A DNA stretch of 64,000 nt, from NCBI GenBank assembly GCA_963712115.1, contig CAVQGX010000055.1:1-64000 (forward strand), read 5' to 3'. Shown here in pieces: positions 10,367 to 20,991 of the stretch. The notes beneath the pieces are model-generated. The model was not told the DNA's origin. It was given only the letters and a program-made list of their open reading frames with translations, and ran no database searches. The stretch comes from an uncultured delta proteobacterium (lineage in GTDB: Bacteria; Desulfobacterota; Syntrophobacteria; BM002). The translations under genes were made by a program, and so were the position numbers. Each line of letters opens with the position of its first letter. The first letter of the stretch is position 1.

Positions 10367-10662
10367 TGGCTATCATTAGTACATCTAGAGGAAAAGTGTT
10401 GTGGATCGTGGCATTGTTGGTGGCGTTGCTGGTCCTTGCCGGCTGCGCCGGAATCAAGCCTTACGAGCCCCGGAACAACCGGGAAGAGGGACCAGAGAAG
10501 GGCCTGTTTACCGGATCAGAGGGCGAGTTCGTAATCTTGAGAAAGGCAGAGGAGCCACAGACGGGCAGCGAGGACAACAAAATCTCAGATAAAGCCTGTA
10601 GACGGCGAACAAGCGGAACCGGGCAGCGACGAAAGGGAAAAGACGGAAGAGACCAAGAGTGA
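10366..10662 (+). CDS. Small lipoprotein (C-terminus possibly frameshifted near 10591)
   Basis: Lipobox LAGC; TAATG coupling to the porin. Confidence 0.65.
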   Translation: MAIISTSRGKVLWIVALLVALLVLAGCAGIKPYEPRNNREEGPEKGLFTGSEGEFVILRKAEEPQTGSEDNKISDKACRRRTSGTGQRRKGKDGRDQE

Positions 10663-10961
10663 TTATCCCGGACATCCCGCCCATTCAGATCGCGAAGGAC
10701 TATCGAAGTGACCTATGCTTCATTAAACTTTATAAGCAAACTGCAGCGTCAGCGATTATCAGGGACGTTGATCGGTCATAAATTGTACCCGACAGCAATT
10801 TACGCCTTCGCATACCCTTCACCATTTCCTCTGGGTCCGATCTACCTCATCATGTTGTGTATGGGCAAAGGAGGTTCGGAAGTAAAAAGGCATGAGGTAG
10901 CACCGAGGCAACTGATGAATTCAACTCAAGAAATAGTTTAAGTGGATTTCTGCAGCGAAAA

Positions 10962-12287
10962 ATGGCATGTAGGATATTCCAACGAAGGAGTGACGGAGTG
11001 AATCGACCTGATCTGGATGATTCTGCTTCTTTTGTTTTTTCTCCCTGCCATCTGGCTTTCGGCCAGAGTATCATGGTCGGACCCGATGGAAAATTTGATA
11101 AGCAAGTCCTCAGCCTTCCCTACGCCTTCTACAATGAAAATTTTGGTTTTGCCGCTGCCTACGTGTACGCTGTGACCGGATATCCCCAGAAGCAGGCGGC
11201 ACTGATCTCCACTGCTATGGCCGGCAGCAAAGGGTCGGGAATGGGGTTCCTCATGGGCAGAGACCTGCAGATGCCATTCTTCGATCGACTGTTTCTGGAT
11301 GCGGTTTTCCAGGCCGGCTACTTCCAGGACAATGACATCTACGTGGACGGTAATCCTGATTTTCCCGATGAACGTGCCGGAAGCAACGACTCCGACAAAG
11401 ACGACTACGTTACAAGCGACGGCGGCTGGGACAACTTCTTCCGGCTCCGGTTCAAATATCTTCTCCCCATGGGCCACGGCCGCGACACCATTATCAATAC
11501 TCAGGTTATTGACCGGGGCATGCTCGTTCACGGGGCGACCGGCGGAGAGTCCTGGAACCCCTTTGAGAGCGGGCTAACCTACCTGGAGGTGAAGCCTTTC
11601 TACCGGCTGCAGCAAGTCGAGAGCGACGACGTGCGGGAGGATGTGAAGACCAACGGTCTCGAGGTTTCCCTGTTCCGCGATAACCGGGACTTTAGATTTA
11701 ACCCTTCGAGGGGAAGCGCCATTCGGCTCAAGTATAACCGGGATTTCGGCTGGTTCAACAGCTCGGAATCCTGGACTGCCCTCGATACCGAGATTGACAA
11801 GTACTTCTCACTGGGGGAGTCGGATTGGTTCCGCCAGCGTGTGCTCGCCTTTGATTTCTGGACATCGTATTCACCGACCTGGAACGAGAAAGACAACGGA
11901 GATATCGAACATCGTCCGCCGACCTTTGCTGGGGCCACTTTGGGTGGGCTCTTCCGTCTGCGGGGATACCCGTCACAGCGATTCAGCGACAAGGCGGCAA
12001 TTTACTACGGCGCGGAATTTCGGGCTATTCCACGGTGGAATCCCTTTGAAGGCTGGCCCTGGTTGCAGAAATATGTTGGGGTCCAGTGGTTGCAATTTGT
12101 CCCTTTCGTGGAGGTCGGGCGTGTGGCCCCCGAATGGGGCGTCAGTAGGCTCCATGAAGACATGAAGTGGGACGCGGGTTTAGGCCTGCGTTTGTGGGCT
12201 AAGGGAATCGTAGTCCGAATCGATTCGGCTGTCTCCGATGAGGGGTTCGGCGTTCAGATGATGGTCGCTCAACCGTTCCAATTCTAG
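10962..12287 (+). CDS. Omp85/BamA-TamA family outer-membrane barrel protein (5' end uncertain)
   Basis: LGGLFRLRGYPSQRF (VRGY-like motif), DNRDFRFNPSRG, terminal QF. A hydrophobic signal-like stretch (LIWMILLLLFFLP) lies in another frame at ~11008-11050. Confidence 0.75.
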   Translation: MACRIFQRRSDGVNRPDLDDSASFVFSPCHLAFGQSIMVGPDGKFDKQVLSLPYAFYNENFGFAAAYVYAVTGYPQKQAALISTAMAGSKGSGMGFLMGRDLQMPFFDRLFLDAVFQAGYFQDNDIYVDGNPDFPDERAGSNDSDKDDYVTSDGGWDNFFRLRFKYLLPMGHGRDTIINTQVIDRGMLVHGATGGESWNPFESGLTYLEVKPFYRLQQVESDDVREDVKTNGLEVSLFRDNRDFRFNPSRGSAIRLKYNRDFGWFNSSESWTALDTEIDKYFSLGESDWFRQRVLAFDFWTSYSPTWNEKDNGDIEHRPPTFAGATLGGLFRLRGYPSQRFSDKAAIYYGAEFRAIPRWNPFEGWPWLQKYVGVQWLQFVPFVEVGRVAPEWGVSRLHEDMKWDAGLGLRLWAKGIVVRIDSAVSDEGFGVQMMVAQPFQF

Positions 12288-12451
12288 CTAGTGTCCATCC
12301 AGAAAATCCTGGTGGACAATAGCTGGTTGCGTATTGACAATACTTTTAGCATTCTTAATTTTGCGAGTAATTCATAGTCTAGGCCGTCTCTATCAATAAA
12401 CTCATTGGTAAGACAAGACTCGATCCAATGGTAGAAAAAGGAGGATTTCTT

Positions 12452-12997
12452 ATGAGAAAAGCAGGTGTATTAGCGCTCGTTGCAATTTGGCTTATATTTG
12501 TCCAGGGTGTATCGGCATGGGCTGCATGGGATCCGACTCAGGAGCAAAGGGAAAAGGCGATGGTAGAGGAAACCATCGCCAAGTTCAAGGAGGCCGATTC
12601 CAGTATGCAAGTATTTTTTGATAAGGCTTACGGTTACGTTGTTTTTCCGGGCATCGGTAAAGGAGGCTTTATCATAGGTGGTGGTCACGGGACTGGCTGG
12701 GTGTACGAACAGGGTACACACGTCGGCCTTGCCACGGTGACCCAACTAACAGTTGGCGCTCAGATAGGTGGTCAGTCTTATAGAGAAATCATCTTTTTTA
12801 AAGATAAAGAAACGTTAGATGCTTTTAAGAAGGGGAATTTGGAACTTAGCGCTCAGGCATCGGCAATTATCGTTAAGCAAGGAGCGTCCAAGGACTCAAG
12901 TTACGACCGTGGAGTGGCCGTTTTCACCATGCCAAAAAAGGGTGCCATGGCAGAGGCCAGTGTTGGTGGTCAGAAATTTAAATACACCCCCAAGTAA
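12452..12997 (+). CDS. Exported SYLF/Ysc84-like lipid-binding protein
   Basis: Signal peptide; AYGYVVFP, KGGFIIGGGHG, GAQIGGQ, EASVGGQKF. Confidence 0.8.
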   Translation: MRKAGVLALVAIWLIFVQGVSAWAAWDPTQEQREKAMVEETIAKFKEADSSMQVFFDKAYGYVVFPGIGKGGFIIGGGHGTGWVYEQGTHVGLATVTQLTVGAQIGGQSYREIIFFKDKETLDAFKKGNLELSAQASAIIVKQGASKDSSYDRGVAVFTMPKKGAMAEASVGGQKFKYTPK

Positions 12998-13240
12998 GAT
13001 GCCGGGCTAGGCTAGCAGGCTGCTGACAAACTCACCCAATCCGTCATTCTGAGGAGCGGCACGCGACGAAGAATCTCATATATCAAGGCGCGACCATTGT
13101 AGCCCCCTTTGGGCATGGCCAAGTCCTCAGAACTTGGATTCTTTGCTTTAAGATGAAGGAGTTCGGCGGAAAGTTCTTCAGCTAGATCTGAAGAGTTCTC
13201 CTTTGCCCAGGCGTGACTCCTTTTTCTTAATGGAGACGTA

Positions 13241-13573
13241 ATGAAGATTGTCGAAAAGAGAGAGAACGACATTTATATTTTAACACCAGTTGGTCGTCTG
13301 GATGTAAACACCTCCGAATCATTCAGAGAACACCTACTGCAAATTATCGCAGATGGAACAAAGAATATTATTCTTGATTGCCATAGTCTGGACTACATAT
13401 CAAGTGGAGGCTTGCGAGTAGTCTTGGAAGGAGCAAAAAAAATCTGGCAGATTGAAGGAAAAATGGTTCTTTGCTCCTTAAAAGACTATATCAAGGAAGT
13501 GTTCGAAGTAACCCAATTTGATTCATTCTTGCCCATAGCAGAGACAGTTGAAGAAGCTCTCAAGAAATTTTGA
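13241..13573 (+). CDS. STAS domain anti-sigma factor antagonist
   Basis: GRLDV, LDYISSGGLR (phosphorylatable Ser), VFEVT. Confidence 0.9.
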   Translation: MKIVEKRENDIYILTPVGRLDVNTSESFREHLLQIIADGTKNIILDCHSLDYISSGGLRVVLEGAKKIWQIEGKMVLCSLKDYIKEVFEVTQFDSFLPIAETVEEALKKF

Positions 13574-13635
13574 TTACTACCGCGCGATTTGCGACAAGTA
13601 TTCAGGATGGAAGAACAGAAAGTCGCTGAGAGATT

Positions 13636-14763
13636 GTGAGGTTTTCGATGCAAGAGCAGCTCACCTCATCTGAAGTAATTTTAGATTCCTTAAGCGACGG
13701 CGTTTACGTGTGTGACCGTGAGCGTAGGATTGTGTACTGGAGCACATCTGCACAAAGGATAACCGGATGGGAGCCTGGGGATGTGGTGGGTCGTCTCTGT
13801 TTGGAAGACGTCCTTTGCCATGAGGATAAGGACGGGCACCGGCTGTGCGGCGAAGAGCACTGCCCGCTGCACCGTTCCATGGTCACTGGAGTCACCACCA
13901 CCGTGCCGGTGATAGTTTTTGCCCGCGGCAAGGATGGCCGTAAAATTCCCATGCAGGTCACCGCCGCACCGATCCGCAATGAGTCCGGCGAGGTGGTGGG
14001 TGGAGTGGAAACATTTCGCGATGTCGCGCCCATGCTCCAAGACCTCGAGCGGGCCAAGAAGATTCAGGCCCAGACTCTTGAGCAAGATCTCCCCGCTGAC
14101 CAGCGCTTGCGGTTCTCCACCTTTTATCTGCCCCATGACATTGTGGGCGGGGACTATTATGCGGTCAGACAGCTCGATGGGGACCGATACGGTTTTCTGC
14201 TGGCGGATATGGAAGGGCATGGTCTGGCTGCAGCTCTATACACCATGCAGCTGGGTTCTGTGTGGAACCAGCATTTCCAACTCCTGACAAATCCAGGAGG
14301 GTTCGCTGCCGAGGTCAACAAAGAACTGGTGCGGATTTTCGGTAGTGTCGTAACCTTTGCTACGGCAGTTTGCGGGGTCATCGATGCTCTTACAGGAAAG
14401 GTGAGCTTAACCGGGGCCGGCGGTCCGCCACCTCTAATCATCCGGGCAAATCGGACGACTGAGAAAATAAAATGTCCAGGTCCCCCCTTTGGGGTAATGG
14501 AAGGTGTTCCTTACGAGAAGCAGACTATAGAGCTGGAGCCCGGCGACTCGCTGCTCTTATTCAGCGACGGGGCCTTTGAAATTCGCAATGCCAGGGATGA
14601 ACTGCTGGGTGTCGATGGTTTGGCAAGAATTCTCACAAGCCTTGATTACCCGCGGAATCAACTCAACATAAATGTGTTACAACAAGAACTCCTGAAATTC
14701 TCAAACGATATCCGGCTCCAGGACGACATAAGCATTATCGAGGTAAGGTTTTGGGGTCAGTAA
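13636..14763 (+). CDS. PAS domain plus PP2C/SpoIIE (RsbU-like) phosphatase
   Basis: PAS with CHEDKDGHRLCGEEHCP; VGGDYY, ADMEGHG, FSDG, DDIS. Confidence 0.9.
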   Translation: MRFSMQEQLTSSEVILDSLSDGVYVCDRERRIVYWSTSAQRITGWEPGDVVGRLCLEDVLCHEDKDGHRLCGEEHCPLHRSMVTGVTTTVPVIVFARGKDGRKIPMQVTAAPIRNESGEVVGGVETFRDVAPMLQDLERAKKIQAQTLEQDLPADQRLRFSTFYLPHDIVGGDYYAVRQLDGDRYGFLLADMEGHGLAAALYTMQLGSVWNQHFQLLTNPGGFAAEVNKELVRIFGSVVTFATAVCGVIDALTGKVSLTGAGGPPPLIIRANRTTEKIKCPGPPFGVMEGVPYEKQTIELEPGDSLLLFSDGAFEIRNARDELLGVDGLARILTSLDYPRNQLNINVLQQELLKFSNDIRLQDDISIIEVRFWGQ

Positions 14764-14827
14764 AAATTGACTGATTTTTAGATAATTCTCAAGGGTCTAT
14801 TTGTCTTTAAATAAGAAAAGTCACTTG

Positions 14828-15088
14828 CAGGTTGCTGACAAACTCACTATTTTGAGTTCTAGTGCCAAGTCCGTCATTCCGGAATCCGCCGGCGGCGGAT
14901 ATCCGTAATCCAGACGCCGTCTCCGCGAAGGCGGGGAACCAGATACCAAGTAACGTCATTGTAGTTGTCTGGATACCCCTTCGACTTCGCTCAGGGTGGT
15001 GAGCCTGTCGAACCACGGATCTCGTCCGCCTGAGGCGGACTCGTCCGGTATGACGTTTTATCCATTTCCGTAGTTTCTCAGTAGCCTG
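14828..15088. mobile_element. MITE-like element with IS-like terminal inverted repeats
   Basis: Left CAGGTTGCTGACAAAC vs reverse complement of the right end CAGGCTACTGAGAAAC (13/16 identical); internal GTCATTCC...GGTATGAC palindromes. A related left end at 13016 and an internal piece at ~17807-17848. Confidence 0.6.
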
Positions 15089-15127
15089 TTAGAAGGAATT
15101 AGCTTCCAACATCTTGGGAGGTGAAAA

Positions 15128-16177
15128 ATGATGAGACGATTACATCTTACATTTCTGGTGTTACTCTGTCTTGCCGCCAGTTATCTCGTGAGCTGTTCCA
15201 CTGCTCCAAGCCATCGGGCCTCCTTGCAGTTCAAGGAAGCCCCCTCGCCCAGTGTGAAAGGTCAGTTTCCCAACTGGCAATTGCCACCCCATGAGTTGGA
15301 GACCACTATATACAAGAGAGCGCTGGCAGGGAAGTTACACGGGGAGGAAGTGAAGAGGACGGCACATGGTACGACCGGCGCATTTTATCTCGTCACCGAG
15401 GATGAAGTAACTGGCAAGGACATAAAGTGGAAATTCAAGAAAAACGTCCCGGGCTGGGTCGACAGCTTCAACACCTCTCCCCGCAAAGAGCTTGCTGCGT
15501 AAGAGGTTCAGAAGTTTTTTCTGGATCCCGAGGACTACGTGGTGCCCACTGCTCTACCGATCTGCATACCCCGTGATAGGTATATGAAGAGGGCTGGTTA
15601 CGCTGCTGCAACCCCAGAGGGAACGGATTGCATTCTGGGCCTTGCTTCCATCTGGATGGTGGACGTCACCATTCCCGACACCTTGTACGATGAGTCGCGC
15701 TTTATGGAGGATCCCACCTACGCCTACTTTATGTCTAACTTTAATCTTCTCACCTACCTGATCCAACACCGCGATGGCCGGGTGGGACAATTCCTGGTTG
15801 CCAAGGACGACAAGCGGAGACAGGTATTCTCCATTGACAACGGTATTTCCTTTGGCTTTTGGCCCTACAATTTTTTCATAACTCAGTACGATGAAATTCA
15901 TCTGCCGGCGCTGCGCCAGGATTCCATCGACCGGCTGCGCAAGATAAAGCGGCAGGATCTGGATTTCCTGGCCGTCATAGCCCAGTTTGAATTAGATGAG
16001 GACCTCGTTTTAAAACATGTTCCGGTAGGGAAAAATTTAGACCCCGAAACAGGTGCGAAGTACAAAGATGGCACACTGCAATACGGTCTCTCCAACATCG
16101 GAGATCGACTGATCGTTTGGGATCGTATCCAGAATGTAATTGCCGAGGTGGACGCCGGCAACATCCAGGTTTTCTAA
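15128..16177 (+). CDS. Lipoprotein with atypical (PI3/PI4-kinase-like) kinase motifs; interrupted by in-frame TAA at 15500-15502
   Basis: Lipobox LVSC; KWKFK, RKELAA*EVQ...VVPT, HRDGRVGQFL, SIDNG. The two ORFs are in the same frame. Confidence 0.6.
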
Positions 16178-17510
16178 GCCGGAGATCGGAAATGAAACGG
16201 AGAGCCCCTTCAAAGCCATATTCGACATCAGGAAGTCCGAGCTGCCCCTCGCGCTTTTGATGTTCAGCTATTTCTTCCTGGTCATCACCAGTTTTTGGAT
16301 TCTCAAGCCCATTAAGAAGTCGCTTTTCATCGAGTTCTACGATAAAGGCGGCTTCGATCTCTTTGCCTGGCACATGTCCGGCCCCCAGGCGGAGCTGCTC
16401 GCCAAAGTGATGAACATGGTGGTGGCCTTTGCCGCCGTGGTTGTGTTTACCTGGCTGGCCCGTCGTTTCCGGCGGCAGCAGCTTACCTTCATTTTCACCA
16501 CCTTTTTCCTGGCCAGCTACGTTGCCTATAGCTTTGTAATAGAGAAACCCCAGAGTATTACGGTCTGGAGCTTCTATCTCTTCGGGGATCTTTTCTCTAC
16601 CCTGATGGTGGCAACCTTTTTCGCCTTTCTCAACGACAGCGTGACCCCTGACGCTGCCAAACGCCTCTACGGTCTGGTGGGGTTGGGAGGAGTCGTTGGC
16701 GGGGTCTTCGGTACCTCAACCGTGAGAGTGCTGATCGCGAGAATCAATACGGTGGGCTGGCTTTGGATCGCCTTTGGTCTGGGCCTGGTGATCCTCGCCG
16801 TGGCTTTTGCCGCTGGACGTATGGTAGATCGAAACCCGCCCCCTGAGCCCGAGCCCGCTCCAGCTGAGATGGAGGAGAAAGGGAAGGGCAATCCTGCCAT
16901 AGAGGGGGCACGGTTGGTATTCAGCTCACCCTATCTATTGTCCATTGTGGCGATTGTGGGTCTCTATGAAATAGTCTCCACGGTGATGGATTTTCAATTC
17001 ACCAGTACCATCGCTCATTACCTGGACGGTCCTGCCATCGGAGAGCAATTCTCCACAGTCTTTGCCATTACCAACGTCGTCTCTATGTTGGTGCAGCTCC
17101 TCCTCACCAGCTTTGTCATGTCCCGACTCGGCGTGGGGGTGGCGCTCTTGTTTCTGCCTATTGCTGTTCTCGCCGGATCAATGGGTTTTACGGTTCTTCC
17201 CATCCTTTGGGTGGGCAGCTCCCTGAACACGGTGGACAATGCCTTCAGCTACTCCATCAATCAGTCGGCCAAGGAGTCCCTGTACGTCCCAACCACCAAG
17301 GACGAAAAGTACAAAGCCAAGGCTTTCATTGACATGTTTGTGCAGCGCTTTGCCAAAGCGGTGGCAGTGGGAGTGAGCCTTGGGATCACAACCGTGTTTA
17401 CAGACTTTTCCAGCATCCGCTGGCTCTCGGGTTTCACCATTCCCATTATCATCGTCTGGATCTTCGCGGCGCGCTATGCAGGACGCAAGTTCAGGGAAAT
17501 GACAGAGTAA
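16140..17510 (+). CDS. NTT/TLC family (ADP/ATP translocase-like) MFS transporter
   Basis: ILKPIKKSLF, AKRLYGLVG, YSINQSAKESLYVP, KYKAKAFIDMFVQR; multiple TM segments. The true start may be the out-of-frame ATG at 16192 behind a GGAG. Confidence 0.85.
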   Translation: MPRWTPATSRFSKPEIGNETESPFKAIFDIRKSELPLALLMFSYFFLVITSFWILKPIKKSLFIEFYDKGGFDLFAWHMSGPQAELLAKVMNMVVAFAAVVVFTWLARRFRRQQLTFIFTTFFLASYVAYSFVIEKPQSITVWSFYLFGDLFSTLMVATFFAFLNDSVTPDAAKRLYGLVGLGGVVGGVFGTSTVRVLIARINTVGWLWIAFGLGLVILAVAFAAGRMVDRNPPPEPEPAPAEMEEKGKGNPAIEGARLVFSSPYLLSIVAIVGLYEIVSTVMDFQFTSTIAHYLDGPAIGEQFSTVFAITNVVSMLVQLLLTSFVMSRLGVGVALLFLPIAVLAGSMGFTVLPILWVGSSLNTVDNAFSYSINQSAKESLYVPTTKDEKYKAKAFIDMFVQRFAKAVAVGVSLGITTVFTDFSSIRWLSGFTIPIIIVWIFAARYAGRKFREMTE

Positions 17511-17928
17511 GGATTGCGGATCTCGGATTAAAATTTAAAATGGATTGGCAGGCTCTGATGAAAAATATATTTAAGTGAAGAGACAAAGGAGAGAGAGTAA
17601 TCTAATTAAGAGTGAAGATTTGTGATTGTGCGTCTCTGAGAAGAAATGCGCTATTGTATGCAGCTTACTGGTACAAGTTACGTACGCGTTTATATTATTG
17701 AGTAAAATATGAAAAAAGAGTTCTGTTACAGTGTATGAAACTAAGAACTTATGCATTTTAGACTAAGATTAGGAATTGGCTAGTTGTACATTTTATTATT
17801 ATCTTCGGATCTCGCCCGCCGAAGGCGGAGCTCGTCCGGAATGACGGGGTCGGCGAAATGTGCCATAGTTTCCAAGCCCAGAAGGGATTCTTGCGAAGCT
17901 TATTTAGCTGAGATAGGCTAGTATAAGA

Positions 17929-20382
17929 TTATTCGATTTTGGCGCGGTAAAGTCGCAAGCTGTTTGAGACAACGGTGATGCTGCTCAGTGCCATAGCAAG
18001 GGCTGCCAGGATGGGATGTAGCTGTCTAAGAGCGGAAGGTAAGAAAACGAGAGGATAAAGCAGACCAGCAGCGACCGGAATGAGAATTATATTGTAAACA
18101 AAGGCCCAGAAGAGATTTTGTTTAACCGTTCTCATAGTGGCTCGACTCAACTGGATGGCCCGGGAAACTCCCAAGAGGTTGCCACTGGCTAAAATGACGT
18201 CAGCGGTCTCCATGGCAACATCAGTGCCGGTCCCGATGGCAATACCCACATCTGCTTGGGCTAGGGCAGGGGCGTCATTGATGCCGTCTCCTACCATGCC
18301 AACCATTCGACCTCTGCTCTGGAGTTCTTTAACCTTCATTGATTTTTCTTCAGGACGGACTTCAGCGACAATCTCATCCACCTGCACTTGTTCTCCAATG
18401 GATCTGGCCGTCTGAATGTTATCTCCGGTGAGCATTACCACTTTTAGACCTTGACCACGAAGCTCGGCAACAGCCGCCTTTGACTCAGGTTTGAGGGAAT
18501 CGGCAACCGCAATCAAGCCCGCCAGTTCTTTTTCCACTACAACTGCCATCAAGGTTTTACCCTGACTCTGAAGGGTTCTGACATAGTCGCTTCCACCCAC
18601 CATATCCACACCCATCTCAATGAACCAGCCCGGCTTGCCCACGTAGACCAACTTCCCATTTATCCTGGCTTGAACCCCGAGTCCACCGGATGCCTTGAAT
18701 TCCTCAGGCTCGAACAGTTCCAAGCCTTGTTTTTCCGCCTCCTTCAGTATTGCCCGTCCCACAGGATGTTCGGATCCCTTTTCTACGGATGCGGCAATTC
18801 GCAGGAGTTCCTTTTTATTCTGAACTGGAGATGAAGTGTTGAAAGCGATCACCTCAGCCACTGTCGGTTTGCCAAGGGTAAGCGTTCCAGTCTTGTCGAG
18901 AACAATAGTTTGCAGCTTGGTGGCTTTTTCGAGGGCCTCACTGTCCTTGAACAGGATACCTTTCTCTGCACCTTTGCCGGTCCCAGCCATGATAGCAGTA
19001 GGTGTGGCCAGGCCAAGAGCACAGGGACAGGCAATGATGAGAACCGCCACCAGCCTGATCATGGCAGGTACGAACTCACCGCCAAGGGTCCACCAGAGGA
19101 TAAAGGTAATCGTGGCAATCCCAATAACACCGGGAACGAAAACAGCTGCCACCCGATCGGCAAGAGCCTGGATAGGGGCTTTGCTCCCCTGAGCCTCCTG
19201 AACTAGCTTTATAATCTGGGCCAGGGCGGTATCCTTTCCCACCTTGGTTGCCCGAAACTTGAGGAGACCCTCTGAGTTGATGGTGGCACCTACAACTGTG
19301 TCTCCAGTGCTCTTGTCCACCGGAATCGGCTCACCAGTTAGCATGGACTCGTCAACAGCCGAGTTTCCCTCCAGGACCACACCATCAACTGGGATCTTTT
19401 CACCGGGACGGACGACTAGCACATCACCCACCTTCACCTCTTTGAGGGAGACCTCCACTTCCTTGCCGTCCTTTATTATAGTTGCGGTCTTTGGGCGCAA
19501 ACCCATGAGCTTACGGATGGCGTTCCCCGTCTTCCCCTTGGCTCGCGCCTCCAACATCTTACCCAGTTTGATCAAGGTGATGATCACTGCCGAAGTCTCG
19601 AAATAGACGTGGCTGCCTAGGGCAGGGTAGAGGAGAACCGCAAGGGAATAGAAGTAGGCAACCGAAGAACCCATAGCCACCAACACGTCCATGTTGGCGC
19701 TGCGGTTTTTCAGGCTTTTCCAGCCGCCAGTGTAGTAATCCCAACCAGTATAAAACTGGACAGGCGTTGCCAGGGCCCAGAAAGCCCAGTTAACCCAAAG
19801 AGCGTGACTCCACGCACCCAAGAGGCCGAAGTCCCTTCCCATGCTCCAGAGGAAAAGAGGCAGTGTGAAGACAAGACCGATAATGAATTTTCTGGTTTGC
19901 TCAGCAATTTCAGCCCGCCGCGCCCTCTGTTCAACGTCCTCATCTTCTCCGGTCTCATCTGGAAGGATAGCGTCAAAACCCGCCTGCCTAATTGCCGCAA
20001 TTATCTCTTCAACACTTGTAAGATTGGGAAGATATTGGACCGCAGCTCTCTCGCTGGCAAAATTGACTGAAGCCTGCACCACCCCCGGAACCTTTTTGTT
20101 CAAGGTTCTCTCTATGTTCATGGCGCAGTTGGCGCAGGTCATTCCGGTTATGGGAAGTTCAACCTTGGCAGAGGCAATCCCATAACCAGCGTCTTTAATC
20201 TTTTTTATGAGGTCATTTACTTGGACCTGTTCAGGATCAAATGACACCGATGCCTGCTCTGAGGCGAAATTGACACTTGTGTCCTCCACCCCCTGAAGTT
20301 TTTTCAGATTCCTTTCAATGTTCAGGGCGCAATTGGCACAGGTCATTCCGGTTATGGGTAATGTTACGTTTTCGCTGGCCAT
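17929..20382 (-). CDS. copA: P1B-1 type Cu(I)/Ag(I)-translocating ATPase
   Basis: Two GMTCANC HMA domains, [22 protein letters not shown] and MALSS motifs. Confidence 0.95.
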   Translation of the reverse strand: MASENVTLPITGMTCANCALNIERNLKKLQGVEDTSVNFASEQASVSFDPEQVQVNDLIKKIKDAGYGIASAKVELPITGMTCANCAMNIERTLNKKVPGVVQASVNFASERAAVQYLPNLTSVEEIIAAIRQAGFDAILPDETGEDEDVEQRARRAEIAEQTRKFIIGLVFTLPLFLWSMGRDFGLLGAWSHALWVNWAFWALATPVQFYTGWDYYTGGWKSLKNRSANMDVLVAMGSSVAYFYSLAVLLYPALGSHVYFETSAVIITLIKLGKMLEARAKGKTGNAIRKLMGLRPKTATIIKDGKEVEVSLKEVKVGDVLVVRPGEKIPVDGVVLEGNSAVDESMLTGEPIPVDKSTGDTVVGATINSEGLLKFRATKVGKDTALAQIIKLVQEAQGSKAPIQALADRVAAVFVPGVIGIATITFILWWTLGGEFVPAMIRLVAVLIIACPCALGLATPTAIMAGTGKGAEKGILFKDSEALEKATKLQTIVLDKTGTLTLGKPTVAEVIAFNTSSPVQNKKELLRIAASVEKGSEHPVGRAILKEAEKQGLELFEPEEFKASGGLGVQARINGKLVYVGKPGWFIEMGVDMVGGSDYVRTLQSQGKTLMAVVVEKELAGLIAVADSLKPESKAAVAELRGQGLKVVMLTGDNIQTARSIGEQVQVDEIVAEVRPEEKSMKVKELQSRGRMVGMVGDGINDAPALAQADVGIAIGTGTDVAMETADVILASGNLLGVSRAIQLSRATMRTVKQNLFWAFVYNIILIPVAAGLLYPLVFLPSALRQLHPILAALAMALSSITVVSNSLRLYRAKIE

Positions 20383-20599
20383 CGTCACTCACTACGTTCG
20401 TCGCAGAGCGCATAACTTTAAAGGCTTAGGGCGCAAGGCCTGTCTTAGCTGGCAGTAGACAACAAGCAGCAGACAGAAGTCAGAGGTCGGAAGTCAGTGG
20501 GCTCTATCCCTTTCCAAATTCGCAATCCGCAATCCGCAATCCGCAATAGTGCCCTATGCCCCATGCCAATCATCCAACTGACGCGGGCAGAACTGCCCG

Positions 20600-20806
20600 C
20601 TAGTCCACTGCTGGGTAGTTTATCTCCCTCAGGGTCTCTTTAATTTTCTCCAGGGTAGCCGGTACATCCCACTCTAAAGTAATGCTTTTGCCGGCGGGAT
20701 CTCCTTCAACTTTGCTAACTCCTGCAACCTCTCCAAGTTCCTTCTTGATGGTCATAACACAGTGGCCGCAAGAGATATTTGGTATGGATAGTGTCTTTGT
20801 TTTCAT
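20600..20806 (-). CDS. copZ: Heavy-metal chaperone (CopZ-like HMA)
   Basis: ISCGHC motif, 68 aa, directly upstream of copA. Confidence 0.85.
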   Translation of the reverse strand: MKTKTLSIPNISCGHCVMTIKKELGEVAGVSKVEGDPAGKSITLEWDVPATLEKIKETLREINYPAVD

Positions 20807-20991
20807 TTTAACTCCTTCGGAGCAGGCATAGGGCGCAAGGCTTAAGGCTCAGGGCACAAAAGAGGATTTTTTCGCTCCTCATTACCTGTGTCTTAGGCCT
20901 TATTCCGCATGCTCCAAAATTCTAAAATCTGCCTATTAACTCTTCGCCGTTTCAACAATGTTTCGAGTGCCTAGTGCGTGGTGCCTAGTGC

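Noticed and set aside
15500-15502. Sec/Pyl recoding in the kinase-like gene
   Set aside because: The codon is TAA, which is not recoded.
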